NCBI GenBank assembly: GCA_011109175.1
Contig: RDEW01000015.1
Location: forward strand, 514,310 to 578,309
Source of the DNA: Dicyema japonicum
Taxonomy: Eukaryota; Animalia; Dicyemida
Length of the DNA: 64,000 nt
Reading direction: 5' to 3'
Position numbers and translations under genes: made by a program. The notes under the pieces were generated by a model, which worked only from the letters and a program-made list of their open reading frames with translations, did not search any database and was not told the origin of the DNA. Shown in pieces: positions 39,217-53,810 of this stretch (the first letter of the stretch is position 1; the number at the start of each line of letters is the position of its first letter).

Positions 39217-41123
39217 ATGTCCCTACGAGTTCCAGTTCCTCCTGGTTTAGAAAGAATGCTTAAGCAAGGATCCCAGGTATTCCTTCCAATTCATCACTGT
39301 ATAGCGGTACACTGGCCTTGAAGAAGGAGTATACAGAAATATAGAGGCCTGCATTGAAATGGGAAAGTATATAACCTCCACCTACGGACCCAACGGTAAA
39401 TGCCACGTATCATGGTAGGTCGGAGTAAAATGGTGATAAATTACCTCGAGAAACTCTTTGTAACCTCAGACGCTTCAACAATAATCAAGGAACTGGATAT
39501 TCAGCATCCTGCCTGCAAACTGATTGTTATGGCTGTACAGCACCAAGAAAGAGAGTGTGGAGACGGAACAACTGCGGTATTTCTACTGACAATCGCCTTA
39601 CTTCAGAGGGGAATGTCCCTACTGCGCTCAGTTTTGTTCTGTTTTAACCAAATAAGGGACTACCACTCAAAATGCTCATATCAGGGTACCAAGAGGCCAT
39701 GGATTTCATGCTGAAGACCCTGCCTGAGTTGGTAGTGGACTCTGTCGTGGATTTGAAAGACAGGAACGCAGTTGTTAAAGCCATAACATCTCCTATCTGC
39801 GCAAAACAGTGTGGATTGGAGTCCTTTATCTCAGGATTAGTCTTCGAGGCTTGCTGTAATTTTAGTTGATATAAATTAGCCACTATTCTGCCATCCTCCG
39901 GTTCGTTCTCCGTCGACAACGTCAGAGTCTGCCAAATTTTGGTATTTTTTCGTGCTTAAAACCCGCAAAGGGGAATGGCTTGCATTCATCTCATGTGGTC
40001 AAAGGAATGGTCTTCAAAACAGTCCCTGAGAGTTCCGTGGTGGAGGTCAGCGGGGCTAAGGTGGCGATTTTCACTTGTGCCTTCGACATTGGTCACACAG
40101 AGACAAAAGTGAGCATTCTTATTATGTCTAGGGGACCGTTTTGATAAAAACAGCTGATGATTTGATGAATTTTAGTAAAAATGAGGAGAATTTGATAGAA
40201 AAGGTATTAGAATGTTCTAATTTTAGCAAATTCAAGAAATTGTCTCCTCTGGATGCAACGTAGTGGTTTCTGTGGGAAAAGTCGGTGACATGCACAGACA
40301 TTTTGCCAACAAGTATGGACTCATGCTGGTGAGGCTCACAAGCAAGTTCGACATCAAACGTCTCTGTTCGGTAACTGGAGCAGTCCCAAATCCACGGATA
40401 GTATTTTTTGTGGTGACCCAAGGTTCCATTTGATCGAAAATCGATGGGAGTCTGTGATTTGGTGTATTTCGACGAGATTGGAAGCACTCAGGTTGTCGTC
40501 TTTAAACAGGGTTGATTTGTGACTGTCTTACGGGTAGATGCTGAGGACAGTTTGGTGTCAACTATTGTTTTGCGAGGGTCTTCTGATCACATGATGGTGG
40601 ACTTGGCAAAGGCTTTCGATGATGGGATCAACGCTGTCAAAATGTTAACCAGAAACGGTGACTTGTTACCAGGAGGCGGGGCTGTGGAGTTGGAGCTCGC
40701 TCACAGACTACAGTTGCTATCTAAGAATTGTCCTGGAGCGTTGGAAGAGGCTTCATTAGCTCTTGTGAGCTTAGTGAGGCAGATTGGTGAGAACGTGGGA
40801 GTTAATGGAACTGAATATGTGAATAAAGTGTTTGGAGAACATGTGAGAGGGAATCAGAATTACGGAATTATTGTTGAGGTTGGTAATGTTATGAATGTGT
40901 AGGGAGATTCTCTAAGTGTTAGTGATGTTGTGCAGGCCAATTTGTTTGACTTGTATGCTACCAAATATTGGGTTATTAAGAATGCTCTGGCGACTGCTAT
41001 TAGTATTCTTAAGGTGGACGAGGTTGAATTGTTTTTTGAGTGTAGATTATTATGTCTAAACCTGCGGGTGGACCAAAGCCAAGGGAAACGGGGACCAATG
41101 CTGTTAGAGATGAAGACGATTAA
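39217..41123 (+). CDS. CCT8: T-complex protein 1 subunit theta
   Basis: MSLRVPVPPGLERMLKQGS|…GLEEGVYRNIEAC; YGPNG; VTSDASTIIKELDIQHPA; ECGDGT; IVLRGSS; LLPGGGAVE; IIMSKPAGGPKP. Tiny introns; the acidic C-terminus needs +1 nt near 41097. Confidence 0.95.
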
Positions 41124-41269
41124 TTTCATTGTTTTTTCTTTCCTTCAATAAAGAGTGGCTCTTTTTTTAGATTTTAGTCGTTTTTCATTTTTCTAAAAGT
41201 TTTTGTGATTAACTTTTGGTGTCAGTTTTAAGCTATACAGTTGATTTGTGGAGAAAAATAAAGTTTATT

Positions 41270-41480
41270 GTTCCTCATTATTACCATCTAACTAAATGAT
41301 CCCTGACCGACAATGGAAGGTCGAAACTGGTGAACGGGCATCTTGAACTGTTCTCCGTAGAGTGCTCGGAGTCTCGTATCTCTTGTGGCATTTGAGGTAT
41401 TTGATAAAGGTATGTAGTGGTCCCTGCTTGGTGGGCTGCTTAACATCACGAATTTTTGTTGTCGTTAATTAGAAGTGCCT
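41270..41480 (-). mobile_element. 3' fragment of family C-like LINE
   Basis: ctaactaaatgatccctgaccgacaa…ggtcgaaactgg…catcttgaactgttctc matches 17325-17400. Confidence 0.6.
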
Positions 41481-41519
41481 CATTATGTCACATAAAATTT
41501 TTTTGAATTGAAATTATTA

Positions 41520-41740
41520 TAAAGACAAGTAAAACCAAACTAACTAACATCGTGATCATACGCGTTCCAGTAGAGCACTCATCTAGGGACAGTTATTTAG
41601 AGGACATTGTCCAGGAAGCTGAGGTTGATCACAGAACTCGTCGCCAGGGAGCGAAATATTTTTTCGGTTGAATAAAGAGATTGATCCTTTTGAATCCCGC
41701 GGGCCGCGTGTTTGGCATCCATTTAGTCCAATATGTTGAG
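41520..41740 (-). mobile_element. SINE family B copy
   Basis: ctaactaac…gcgttccagtagag…gacattgtccaggaagctgaggt…gatccttttgaat shared with 54345-54655. Confidence 0.75.
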
Positions 41741-42039
41741 ACAAAACTTACTTTTTTGTGACCAAAAAAGTAAATCTTCTCGAATTTGCCACTTTTTCGA
41801 AACTCAAGAAATGGATAAAACAATGATAACATAGGCTGACTGATCAAATTGGTGTTTGGCCTACAAGAAATTGATGCTAGACTCCCTAATCTAAATTCTC
41901 ATCGCTGTCATGGCGGATAGTGTATGATCCTCGGATTGATTGTTTCTTAAGTTTTGAACGGAGGCCTTTAGATTGATTTCTTTATATGCAATATGAGTAT
42001 CTCTTCTGCCCTCAATTACGCAGTCCTACCCAAGGATGG

Positions 42040-42312
42040 CGCAGTGTAAGGAGTACCGGGCAAGAGGGCTGATGCTTATAGTTCGAATCCCACTTTTATA
42101 AATTTCGGTTGACTACGCATCTACGATGCTTTGGCATGACGAGTGACGCCGTCAGTTAACATTTCACTGCAGAACCAGACCGTCTAAAAGGGCATAGAAA
42201 CAAAAAAAAGAAGTGAAGAGTATTCCTTGGTTCTTTCCTTTATGATTAGTAATAATAACTGTTCTTTACTTTTAAATAAAATGTGTGTCCTGCCTGAGCG
42301 GAGTTATAGCTA
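42040..42312 (+). mobile_element. tRNA-derived SINE family A
   Basis: A box tggcgcagtg, B box agttcgaatcc, core and tail as at 22826-23104. Confidence 0.85.
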
Positions 42313-42359
42313 ATATGGCTCTGGGTAAAAGTGCAGTTTTTTACCCGAGGATGTTCTGT

Positions 42360-42490
42360 TTGTTCCACTCGCAGTTGAAACTTGCGCCTTCGACGCTCAA
42401 ATTCCTTGAGCGGATCTCGCTCGCTATCATGAGGGGAAATAGCCACGCAGTCAGGCTATCATATGACCTTCAGATTGATTGTTTCTTAAT
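42360..42490 (+). mobile_element. CRE-like LINE 3' end fragment
   Basis: ERISLAIMRGNSHAV, near-identical to the end of the element at 1-2400. Confidence 0.75.
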
Positions 42491-42554
42491 GTAATAAATT
42501 TTTTGAATATCAACAAACTTCACGTTGTTAAAATGCGACTTGAAAACTTCCTTG

Positions 42555-42790
42555 GTTGAGTCATATGGCTCAGTGTAATAAGTACGGACAAAAATTCAAG
42601 ATGTCTCATGTTCGAATTTCGCTGCTATCCATTCGGTTGAAGGTTCAACTCATCTACGATGCTTTGGGGTCGACAAGTGACACCGTCATCAGTGTTTCAT
42701 CACAGCGGAACTGGATTGTCTTCTGGGACTCACCAACAAAATGAACGAGAAGTCAATACTTTCAATGTCTTGGATATGCCTTTGATTAAT
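42555..42790 (+). mobile_element. tRNA-derived SINE family A
   Basis: A box tggctcagtg, B box tgttcgaatt, core aaggttcaactcatctacgatgc…gtgacaccgtcatcagtg…gcggaactggattgt. Confidence 0.8.
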
Positions 42791-42964
42791 TAACATTGGT
42801 AATTTCACAACTTTTTAAATCTGCTCTTCTTCCGTGGTGTTTTCATTACTTAAACTTCCACTTAGACAGAACATACATTTATTTAAGAAGGAAAGAACAG
42901 TTATGCTAATTAATCGACGAATAAACCCAATACATAGAGAGTTTCCTTAACTTATTTTCTTTTT

Positions 42965-43070
42965 AGTTAAATGAGAGTCCCTGACGACAACTTCTGCAGT
43001 CGAATCACTGATGACGTCATCACCCGTCAATCCAAGAAGCATCGTAGAGATTCGAATCATGAACCATTTG
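42965..43070 (-). mobile_element. SINE family A core, inverted
   Basis: Reverse complement reads tctacgatgc…tgacgggtgatgacgtcatcagtg…ctgcagaa. Confidence 0.6.
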
Positions 43071-43079
43071 AATTTGGTC

Positions 43080-43790
43080 CGACACTTATGATGCTGCCCC
43101 AATCCGAGTACATACTTGTTTGACAAAAAATTTAAAAAACATATTTGATTTTGATATTTGCTCACGCGGAACAAACAAAACACAACAAAGAACGTTGGAA
43201 GCCTTGCTCAGAAAAGCTACGAACAATACTTCCCCCACTGTATTATGGAAATCGATAAGGAGGCTCAAGTGCTCTCCACATTTAATTGGACATCGAGCGC
43301 CACATCCAAATCCCAATGCCATTATGAAGTACTCATTAGTCATAAACCATATTCAAAAGACCTGGATGTTCGTTCTGGCAATGGTCGAAGGAATAAATGT
43401 ACCAACATGACTTTCTTCGACTCTTCAATGGTGGACTCAGTAATCAGAAAAATGAATAACTCGTCGTCCCGCGGTTCAGATGACATCTCCATTCTCGAAC
43501 TGAAACACTTGGGTTCTTCCGCGACGACCGCAATAACACAAATTTTCAACCTCTCAATAAACGAGAACAAGATTCCGTCAATATGGAAGAATCCCCTCGG
43601 ACCGCACATCAGACTATATAGGGACGCCTGCCCACGATATGAGAAGAAACTTTCCCCGCTGTGGAGATTAATCCAGGACTCCAAAACTAACCGCAGGAAA
43701 AGGACTGATGTGGACACCGGGATCACTTAGTTAGACGATAACTTTTATCATCTTTCTCGTGATTTCGGGGTTAATAAATAAATTTTCTAC
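43080..43790 (+). mobile_element. Internally deleted I/Jockey-group LINE
   Basis: Pre-RT motif SRGSDDISILELKHLG…IFNLSI…IPSIWK joined directly to the gggatcacttagttag…taataataa tail. Confidence 0.7.
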
Positions 43791-44319
43791 TCTTGCTGAG
43801 GAAATTTCTTCTATGCTGGAATTTCTGGGTCGACTTGAGAATCTATGCTGGAATTTCTGGTATCATATGAAAACCTATATACTGACTGTAACGATTAAGA
43901 AAATAGCGGAGAGAATTCTAAATGGACTGAGATGAAGTGAGAATTGCGAACGACAATGAGAAGAAAGCTAAGTAACGCCTATTTCGAGGAACACTTCGAA
44001 GTTGGCCTGGACACCCAAAAATGTCTGATTAACAAACTATAACTTATTTTTTAAATCCATTTTAAAAATTTCTAAAAATCCTTCGTAAATTCAGTCTGAT
44101 TTCTTGATCTCAATATTTTCAGCCTTAATGAGAATAAAACTATCATTCAATATGGTTACTATTATAAAGCCGTTGATTCCATAAAGTCAATCCACGATAA
44201 AAAAAGCTATTTTCAATTTCTGAAAAAGGAATGAGAAATCGATTTTATTATGTCACGAACGAAAAGCGTGATTAGTAGGGAAATTTTTTATACAAGTTAA
44301 ATTTTGAAGTATAACACTT

Positions 44320-44530
44320 CAAAATAGCATTATAGCATTTTTAAACCACAAAATATAGCACTTAAAAATTTTTAATTTTTGAAAAAAGAAACATTAAACC
44401 ATGTAAAGATTTCTAGTTAAGAGGCCACGACTGCAAAGGCGTTCCCACTGATCACCATCATTTCGAGCTTCTGCCTCAACCAGGCTCGCAACTCTTCGAA
44501 GCGAACCTTTTAACATTAGTGTTTTTGAAA
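44320..44530 (-). mobile_element. 3' end of a second CRE-like family
   Basis: LEMMVISGNAFAVVAS* (analogue of ISxAIQRGNA); nucleotide match to 47560-47730. Confidence 0.6.
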
Positions 44531-44619
44531 TTTCTGTTTTTTCTCACTTTCGATTTTTTATTGCTCTCTCAACACTCAGGTATCCGTTTAAATCGTAAAT
44601 TGAGACTGATCTAATTTAT

Positions 44620-45665
44620 TATTTATCGATTATCTGAAGATACTCGCGGAGAAAGAAGATACGATGGTTAGAATGATGGAAGAGATTGATGATTATTTCG
44701 ATGTTTGGTAAACAAGAGAAGTTACTAAAAGTCGGCAACTAATCTTGAATCCATGAATAAAGTGAAATGTCTGGATGAACACGAAAGCTATCCTACCTCG
44801 GTGTTTTAGAGGACAAATAAAGTAATGTCATGAAGTCTTGAACACTACTGAAAATGTAAGATAGAGGATTATAAACTTAGTCGAACTAAATTGAGGAGGG
44901 GGTTACTTCGATAAGAGTGAGTGTATGTTGTATCAGTTTCTGACTGATATGGAAAGAAAATCGGATATTTCGCTAAGAAAAGATGGAATCTTGCGAGTCT
45001 TGAAAACAAAGAAAACGCATATGACCACGATCACTAGATTCCTATCTTTCAAGTACAAGATGGATCTAACTCAAGTTAATATAAAGACGTCTAAGACACA
45101 CCCAGTTCTATCAATTGTTACGACACAAGGAGTGGAAGTCCGAGTTGACACTTTCATCATGACTGACACCGAAGTGCAGCACAATAAACAAGATATTTTC
45201 GTGTATGACAAAATGAAAAATGAGATTGTGATTATACAAGTTGGAATCACCTCACAAGAAGCACTCATACATACAGAGGTGAAAAGCTACACAAGTATGA
45301 CATGCTCGCTAGAGAATGGAGCATGCTATACGAAGCTCCTGTGGTGTTGACATGGGACGGGTTTATCTCCACGTGCTATAGAAATCATTTGAAAACTCTG
45401 TCGATTGATGTGCCAATAAGAGATTATATTCAATCGGTCGTGTTAAGAAAACATTGGAAAGTATTATTGTGGAGCACAAACATGGAGTCAAGACACCAAT
45501 TGAGGAAATTCTTTACGCGTCGAGGTGACTGGAAGAGCGGGCAACTCATTGGAGAAGAGGTGGACCACAGTCAGAGGAGGGAGTGGAAGTCAGGTGGATG
45601 GTTGGTGAAGATCCTCGTAAAAGAAAAAAGATATGTCTAATTATAGTTAATATTATTTATTTAAA
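44620..45665 (+). mobile_element. R4/Dong-like LINE, RT end and RLE
   Basis: VEVRVDTFI…HNKQDIFVYDK…IQVGITSQ…VVLTWDG…YIQSVVL. Confidence 0.85.
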
Positions 45666-45713
45666 AAATAATTAACCGACGAATAATAAAGGTCAGAGAC
45701 AAGAGAAATATTA

Positions 45714-46867
<1,154 letters not shown>

Positions 46868-47399
46868 CCAATCGTTAGATTTTACATAAATTTATAGTAA
46901 TTTTAATGTGAAAGTCGTTATCAGTGGTCGATTATTAATAGCCTCGTCATCAAATTATTGTTTTGGGTGAAATGAAATTGAAATTACTTTTTAATTGAAT
47001 ATTTAATGTCTGCTCCCAAAGTGTTAGAAATTAGTACGCAGCGCATTCCTTCTTACGATTTGTATTGAACTGTGGTCAATCAGCCATCCCTCTTCTCGGC
47101 TGTCCTCATTTTTCCTACCAACAACCCGATAGCACGTAGGAATGAAAGCAATTTGGGACATTGAATATTCAACACCTATGCTTATGAGATTCATTAAAAT
47201 TGTCTTTTGCGACTTTATTACGGTCTTTCTTAAAACTCGTCGATTATACGTAACTGAAGAAACTGTGGTCGCAATTTTAATAATTTAATGTTCCCAATAA
47301 AATTTGTCTAAAAATAATTTAAATATGAAAAAGGCTCAGGTAATCTATTAAAATTTAAAGGCTATATTCTTAAGCTTATAGGAGACGAAAATGACAGAC

Positions 47400-50010
47400 A
47401 AAGAAATTGATATTTCAATAAAAATAGAGAAAGGAGCTGGCTCATTGAGCGCATTTCCTTGCAAATCATCAGAGAAATGCGTTCTAAATTATGAGAGCAG
47501 TCAGCAGTTTTTAACTGTTACTTTTTGACTAAATAAAGTTCCCTTTGTTAAAAAAATAAAAATAGCATTAAATCATTTATAAACCACAAAATATGACATT
47601 TAAAAAATATAGGAATTAAAAAATTTTAATTTAAAAAAAAAGAAAGCAACTCATTTAGTTAAGAAACCAGGATTACAAAGACATTCCCACTGATCACCGC
47701 CATTTCGAACCTCTGCCTTAACCAGAATCCTTCGAGTGTTTGAATCTGTACGAAACAAGCCTTCGTCCGATAATGGATCCTTCTAATATTTCTTTACTTA
47801 CAATGGATCCTTAACAAAATCTAAATATTTTATCTCTTTATATGGTTTATGTAATGTAATTTTTTTCTGCTGCGATCTGAGCAATCCAGAATAGTTAAAA
47901 ACTATTATCTTGATAAATGTAGATGTAGTGCTAAATGAATGTGTCTGTAGAATTCCCTCACATTCAAAAGAGCTAATTATATCACCTAAGAGGTCGTAAT
48001 TTTCGATTCTTTGTTGTAGAAATTTTAAGTTTCTTTGAAAGGAGCTGGCTCACTGAGCGCACTTTCTTGGAGATCTTCAAGGGAAATGCGTTTTTTTATT
48101 CTGAGAGCAGCCAGTAGTTGTTAACTGTTTGTTTTTACATTTATTTTGGTCTTTAAGAAAAGTTTCTTTAGTGAATCCTAGCATATTTCTTAGATTGTAC
48201 ATATTGATTGAATGTCCTTTGACTGACAGTTAATCAAACACGTTTCATGTCAATTAATTGATTGCAAACTACGTTTTGGTTGAGGTGGTGACGACGCTTC
48301 TATTGCACTATGTCTTATTCGTATTCCTTACCGACTTCTCCGTTCACTCTGGGATCTTTTAATTGCAGAAGACTTAAACAACCTTACAGAAACACCAACT
48401 GGCATGCGATCAAACAAAATATGACATCTCTGTCTACTGTTACAAGAGACAAAAACGACCGTACAATCAACAGAACTGTTTGGGAGATTCCACATTTTTA
48501 CCCTCCCACTGGTCTGCCGACATTAGGGTTCCGGATTTTCACTCCATCAGGATCTGATTCGCTGTGTTACAATAGTGTGGGCAGTATCTGACATTATAAT
48601 AGAAATGGCAGACACATGGACTACCTAGAGAACTAATGCGCAACGGAAGATCATGGTCGGAGCTGACGGAGAGGATGATTCGAAATACGGCACAAGGGAA
48701 ACTTAACTAATTTTATGTTTTCTCGGGAGCGCTTTTTAGTAATAATAATAAACTACCTCCTCGCTACGGAGGAATCGGAATACGCTCACCACTAGAACTT
48801 GCCCTCCCGGCCTTTCATCTTCGACATATGCTTTCAGTGGTCTTGCACGCCAGATCCTACGCTAACGAATCGGACGCTGAACCAGTGGTATTCGAGGCTC
48901 GGGAAGTCTGGACGCGATTGGGTGTTGGATTCCCGAAGAACACTATTATTATAAACAACGAGAATGGGACAAGAGATAAACCCTCTGCTTGATCAGCATC
49001 GCCTGGCTTCTGCATCTACGAACGAGAGCGGAGCCTGACTCAGAGCATTCCCATGCACCTCACTAGGGACACTATTGGATGACGACGCCACGAGGATTGG
49101 GGTTTCCGTCCGCATCGGAATGGATGTTTGCACGATCCATCGTGTAGATGTGGAGGAATGGTCGAAGTGAAAGGTCTTCACGCTCTCTCCTGCTAGAGGA
49201 GCGCTGGAAGGGGTCCAAGACATTGCGCTATCAACGGAGTTATTGCTTTAGGACTTGAGGCTGCTGTATTTCCTGTCCAACTGTAACCGCTTCCACTTAC
49301 TCAAGCGGCTGAAGACCGGACGAACCACTCTCTTCCCATGGGAAAGTGGTAAACACCTTGTCTGGGACGCCACCTGTGTCGATAGCCTCTCCCCTCCAAC
49401 CTTACAACGACACCAACAAACACAGGCTCTGCTTTAGAGAAGGCTGAGAGCCTAAAGTTAAATAAATACGCTGTCTTGGTGGACAGTTCATTTTTGAACC
49501 AATCGCAGTGGAAACGTCAGAAATTATAGGAAACAGGTCACTGATTCTGCTAAACAGGATCGGTCCGCTCATCGTCAAGAGGAAGAATAATCAGGGAGAA
49601 AGGAGCTGACTCATTGATCGAATTTCCTTGCAAATCGCCAGAGGAAATGCGTTCTCAATCATGAAAGCAGCCAGTAGTTGTTGACTGTTACTTTTTTGGC
49701 TAAATAAAGTTCCCTTTGTTAAAAAATAATGACCAAAAAATTAACTGATTGTGGTTAAAAAATTTATAGCATATATAAATTTTTTTTTTTTAAATTTTTT
49801 TTAACAATTAAACAAATGTCAGTTGAGAAAGCCTGCTGAATGGATTGCGAACGAGTTCCCTCGGAGTATGGCCAATCCAATCTTTTGTAACCCTTCTCGT
49901 TGATCCCTTTTCTTTCTGGAAAGCAATCCTCCGAGTTCTTGCAAGAATTCAGCCGTCATTGGACCAACGGCTCCCGATGATTCGGTCGCAACAGGAGTAA
50001 ATCGGTAGCG
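47400..50010. mobile_element. Cluster of CRE-like LINE 3' fragments plus an RTE-like endonuclease fragment
   Basis: + copies ending at ~47555, ~48135 and ~49715 (ERISLQI.RGNA; GKHLVWDATCVDSL); - copies at 47560-47730 and 49810-50010 (FTPVATESSG…AILRGNS); FNCRRL APE-like start at ~48355. Confidence 0.8.
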
Positions 50011-50329
50011 ATCCCGAGAATAAAAAAATAAATATAAAAAAAATAACTAAATGAATTAAAAATTACATTTTTGGATTATTCAGATTAAATTATGATCAAA
50101 TATGCATATATAATAAAAAAATAAATAAATAAATGATTAAAAATTACATTTTTTGGATTATTCAGATTAAATTATGATCAAATATGAATAAAATTTAAAT
50201 TTAAAAAAATCAAAAAAAATTGAACCCATTTTATAGTGCCTGGTATAATTATTTTGACACTTATTTTTGCAATTCACAGCATCACAGTAAATAGAAAACG
50301 TTTGATAATATTAATTGAATAATTAAATT

Positions 50330-50830
50330 ACAGTATAATGGAATCAAAAAAGCTAGAAAGTTAAAGGGAACATTCAGTTCAGTGATTCTATTCACACAGA
50401 ATGTTGAGATTAGAGTCGATACGTCGATTCTACTGAAACTAAAGTACAGTTCAACAAAAAAGATATTTTCGTGTATAACAAGATCAAGAATGAGCTCGAA
50501 AGTGGGAATTAGATTTTAGGATCGTTTAAAACAGGTGGAAGTAGAAAAATGTCGCGTACGACCTCCTCGAAAGTGAGCTTTCGCTTCTCTACGATTTTTA
50601 AGTAAAGATTATCCCATTTGTTATGACCTGGGATGGAGTTGTTTCGAAATGCTTCTAAATGGATAAGCTATCTATCGAAGGAGCGACAGAACTCACATCC
50701 AGTTAGTTGAGTTGAAAAGGTCTCTCGAAGCCATGATAATTGAACGCAAACAGGGGAAAATAGGAGGGAAACGAGCGAGCCGAAAAAAACCCCGCGAATT
50801 TTCCCAATTAAAAATTATCAAAAAGTGATG
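50330..50830 (+). mobile_element. R4/Dong-like RLE 3' fragment
   Basis: NVEIRVDTSIL…DIFVY…IIPFVMTWDG. Confidence 0.75.
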
Positions 50831-51039
50831 ATTAACTATTCTTTTCAGTCGTTGGATGAATATAATAACAAAAACCTTCAATTATAAATTTTATACGTTT
50901 AATCTGTAGCAAACTTGAAGAACTCAATAAAATCCAAACCAGTGTGTTCCATTGCTCAAATGGATTTGGAAACCGAGAAATGTGTCCAAAAATCGGAAAA
51001 ATCATACTACAAAGATGCTATAGATGAGCTATACTCCAA

Positions 51040-52560
51040 ATTCGAGGTTAATCCATCGCGATGGTCAGAAACCTACAAAGTACCGTCCTAACTTCTTACA
51101 AAGGAGGTTCCAATTTCTATTAACGCCGCAATCAATAATTATATAATGTCATCTCCACCAACAAATATAAGCAATATCACGGATATTGTCTATGCTGGAC
51201 AGCGAGCGCATCAAGTTCTGTCTCAGCGTGTTTGAAAGAAGAGCGATTGGATCCACCATATGGAAGCCAAGCTTACAAAACTGAAGAAGCAGCTTGAAAA
51301 ATAACAGAGCTTATTGGAAACCAAAGATATGACGATGAAAAGAAGGGATATGCTCCGCCAATATGGATTCTGAAAGTCAAAGCAAGATGAATTAGGGAGA
51401 TTAACATAACAACTTAACATTTTTTTATTCAAAACCAAGACATAGCGATAGTTTGGAAACTACGTTATTAAAAATCCTGCCGTGAGGTTTGGATTCTTTC
51501 GCAGTTTTACCCCCTAGTATCTGCTGAATGAACGTGTCATCCATTTTGGTTCCCAGGAGAACACCCTAAACCCGTTCCACTACCAAGCTCCTTACTGACT
51601 TGATTAGGGTTTCCTCCTCATCATCTAGTGGTTCCTAACCCCTTTAATGAAGGGCCAGCTTGATTGCCATCCTCCTTGTCTTGTCCAAAAGATCCTATTC
51701 TTCTCTTTTGGGCGAAAAATACCATCTTTCACATCCGTAGATGAGAGAAGGCAGAATAATTCTTTCAAAAGTAAAGATATACGTCTCCTTCTTCAAATCG
51801 AGTTTTTGCAGACATAGAAGTGCTTGCTAAGCATTTTTCTTTTTTATTGTGGCACCTTTAACATAATCTCCCCTACATCCAAAACAGACACCCAAATAAT
51901 GCAAATGATCAACATTGCTGATACCACTCAATGTGTACTCCTGTTGAAAAAAACTTTCTATAGTGTGAAATTCTCATGGCTTTTGACTTTTCCATTGAAA
52001 GACTTAAGCCACGTGATTTATACCACCAGAGAATTTCTTACAAAAATCCACGTAATCTTCCCTCCAATAATACCGGACTTTTCGACTTTCGTCCGCGTAA
52101 ATAATATCGTTAGTAGTAGAGAATCAGCGCTTGTATCCAGGATAACATAACGATTGTGGAGAAAAGACTTCGAATACATACATCTAGAAAGGAGTTCAGA
52201 AAACATAATTGGTGTTTTGAACTCAATCGAAGATATTTTTCGTGGGTTAGACGAGGAGGAAGAGAATTCTCAATTTTTGTTCAACAAAAGCCAGTGTCTT
52301 TTATTTTGGGAGAATATTTGGAAAGAACAAGTGAGCAATGAGAACACATTTCTGATGAGCAAACGAGTGACTGGAGCAGAAGACTTATTTGAAGACTTTA
52401 GCAAAGAAAGCATCCTGAAAGTAATTAAACAGCTCCCGAACTGGAGAGTTAGCGGATGTGATGGGGGTGTACAACTTTTTCCTCAAAAATTCACATCAAT
52501 TTATGACAACCTTTGTGAAGAGGTCTCAAAGTTATACGGTTTCCCGACCAATAGCGTAAC
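51040..52560 (+). mobile_element. R4/Dong-like LINE 5'/pre-RT fragments, interrupted
   Basis: TDIVYAGQ, FELNRRYF, LFWENIWK, ILKVIKQLPNWRVSGCDG. Confidence 0.7.
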
Positions 52561-52949
52561 TAAATTTTTTAAAAGTAAAAACAAACCTTTTTTGAATTTA
52601 CTCTTTTTTAACACTTCTTCTGGAAACATATAGTTTTTTCCATGTATTGAATAAATTCTCAATTAGATTGAGAAATGGCGAGTAATGGGTAATGGAACAT
52701 GGAGATTGTCCGTAAAATGCTGAATACAGGCATTATCAAAGAAACCGGGTCTTCAATTCCCTCTTCATTACAAAGATTTTTTAAGGAATAGTCATTGATA
52801 CAATTTCTGGTTCTGATGGCCTCCACAGGAATATAGGTAGAAGTTCTTGAAATAGCTCTTAGTCTTTAGGAAACTGAAAATCCGACCTCATAATAAGTTT
52901 TAAGATGATCTTTTATCGAAAAAATATATTTCCTTTTATCCTATGTCAA

Positions 52950-53530
52950 CGTTTCCCAATTTTTTTTCACTGGGAACCCCTAAATTCAAAAAAATTTTCT
53001 GCGGGCCCCTAATTTTTAATAATGACAATGAAGTTTATTTTTTAAACTACAAAATTAATGTGACTTCTGATCCTGCATATTTGTAATAAGATTTGAAATG
53101 CTTGGTCTTGTGTCACTCAAAGCAACGCGCATATCGTCTTCGACCCGAAGGGGATTCCTATACCGGGTTTTCAAATATGCGACATTCCACTTTCACATAA
53201 ATATGTTGTCTGGTATCATCTTTTCTAGTGGAAGGCAGCTTAGAGATGGAAAGCTGCTACTTAAATTGCACCAAAATTCCATCAATGGTTTTTAAATAAG
53301 ATTAGTGCCTCCTGTTAAGTTTTGAGTTCAATCAAAGATTTGTCAATTTTGAGAGCGTCAGTTTCAATGACCACAGTTAAAAATAGATTTATAATCCAGT
53401 CGTTAACGGGATTGGGAATTGGAAAATAATTTTCGAAAGTAGTACTTAAATTTTCCAAGTGTTGATCGATCATATTCAAAATTGAAAGATCTGGGAACTC
53501 ATTTCTCAAGTATAATTCAAGCAAAAGAAA
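52950..53530 (-). mobile_element. Buster-type hAT transposase 3' remnant
   Basis: HLENLSTTFENYFP…WIINLF; LKTRYRNPLRVEDDMRVALSDTRP…QKSH* is the ZBED5/Buster C-terminal signature. Confidence 0.8.
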
Positions 53531-53810
53531 CTGCGTGGATAGACGTTAATAAGGCTTTCGATTAAGTGTCAGATTTTTGTATGGGGTACTCGATAACTCC
53601 AGACTTCCTTACTGGATTGTGACCTTTGTAAAGAAATTTGTCACGAGGTGGAAAATTAAATTTAAATCGAAAACAAATTGGGGAATTCAGAGTGAAAAGA
53701 GGAATTCTGCAGGGTGACTCTGTCACCGCAGATATTTGTACTCATAATGGACCCACTGAGTAGGGTTTTAAATGCGAAATATGAGATAAAGAAGATTTCG
53801 ATGGCCATAT
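53530..53810 (+). mobile_element. R4/Dong-like RT fragment
   Basis: AWIDVNKAFD; KRGILQGDS. Confidence 0.75.

Noticed and set aside
41296-41335. Hammerhead ribozyme (ctgacc…ggtcgaaac), and ttgatgag in the SINE A core
   Set aside because: The CUGANGA spacing is wrong, stems I and III are missing, and the 41296 motif is antisense to a LINE 3' end.
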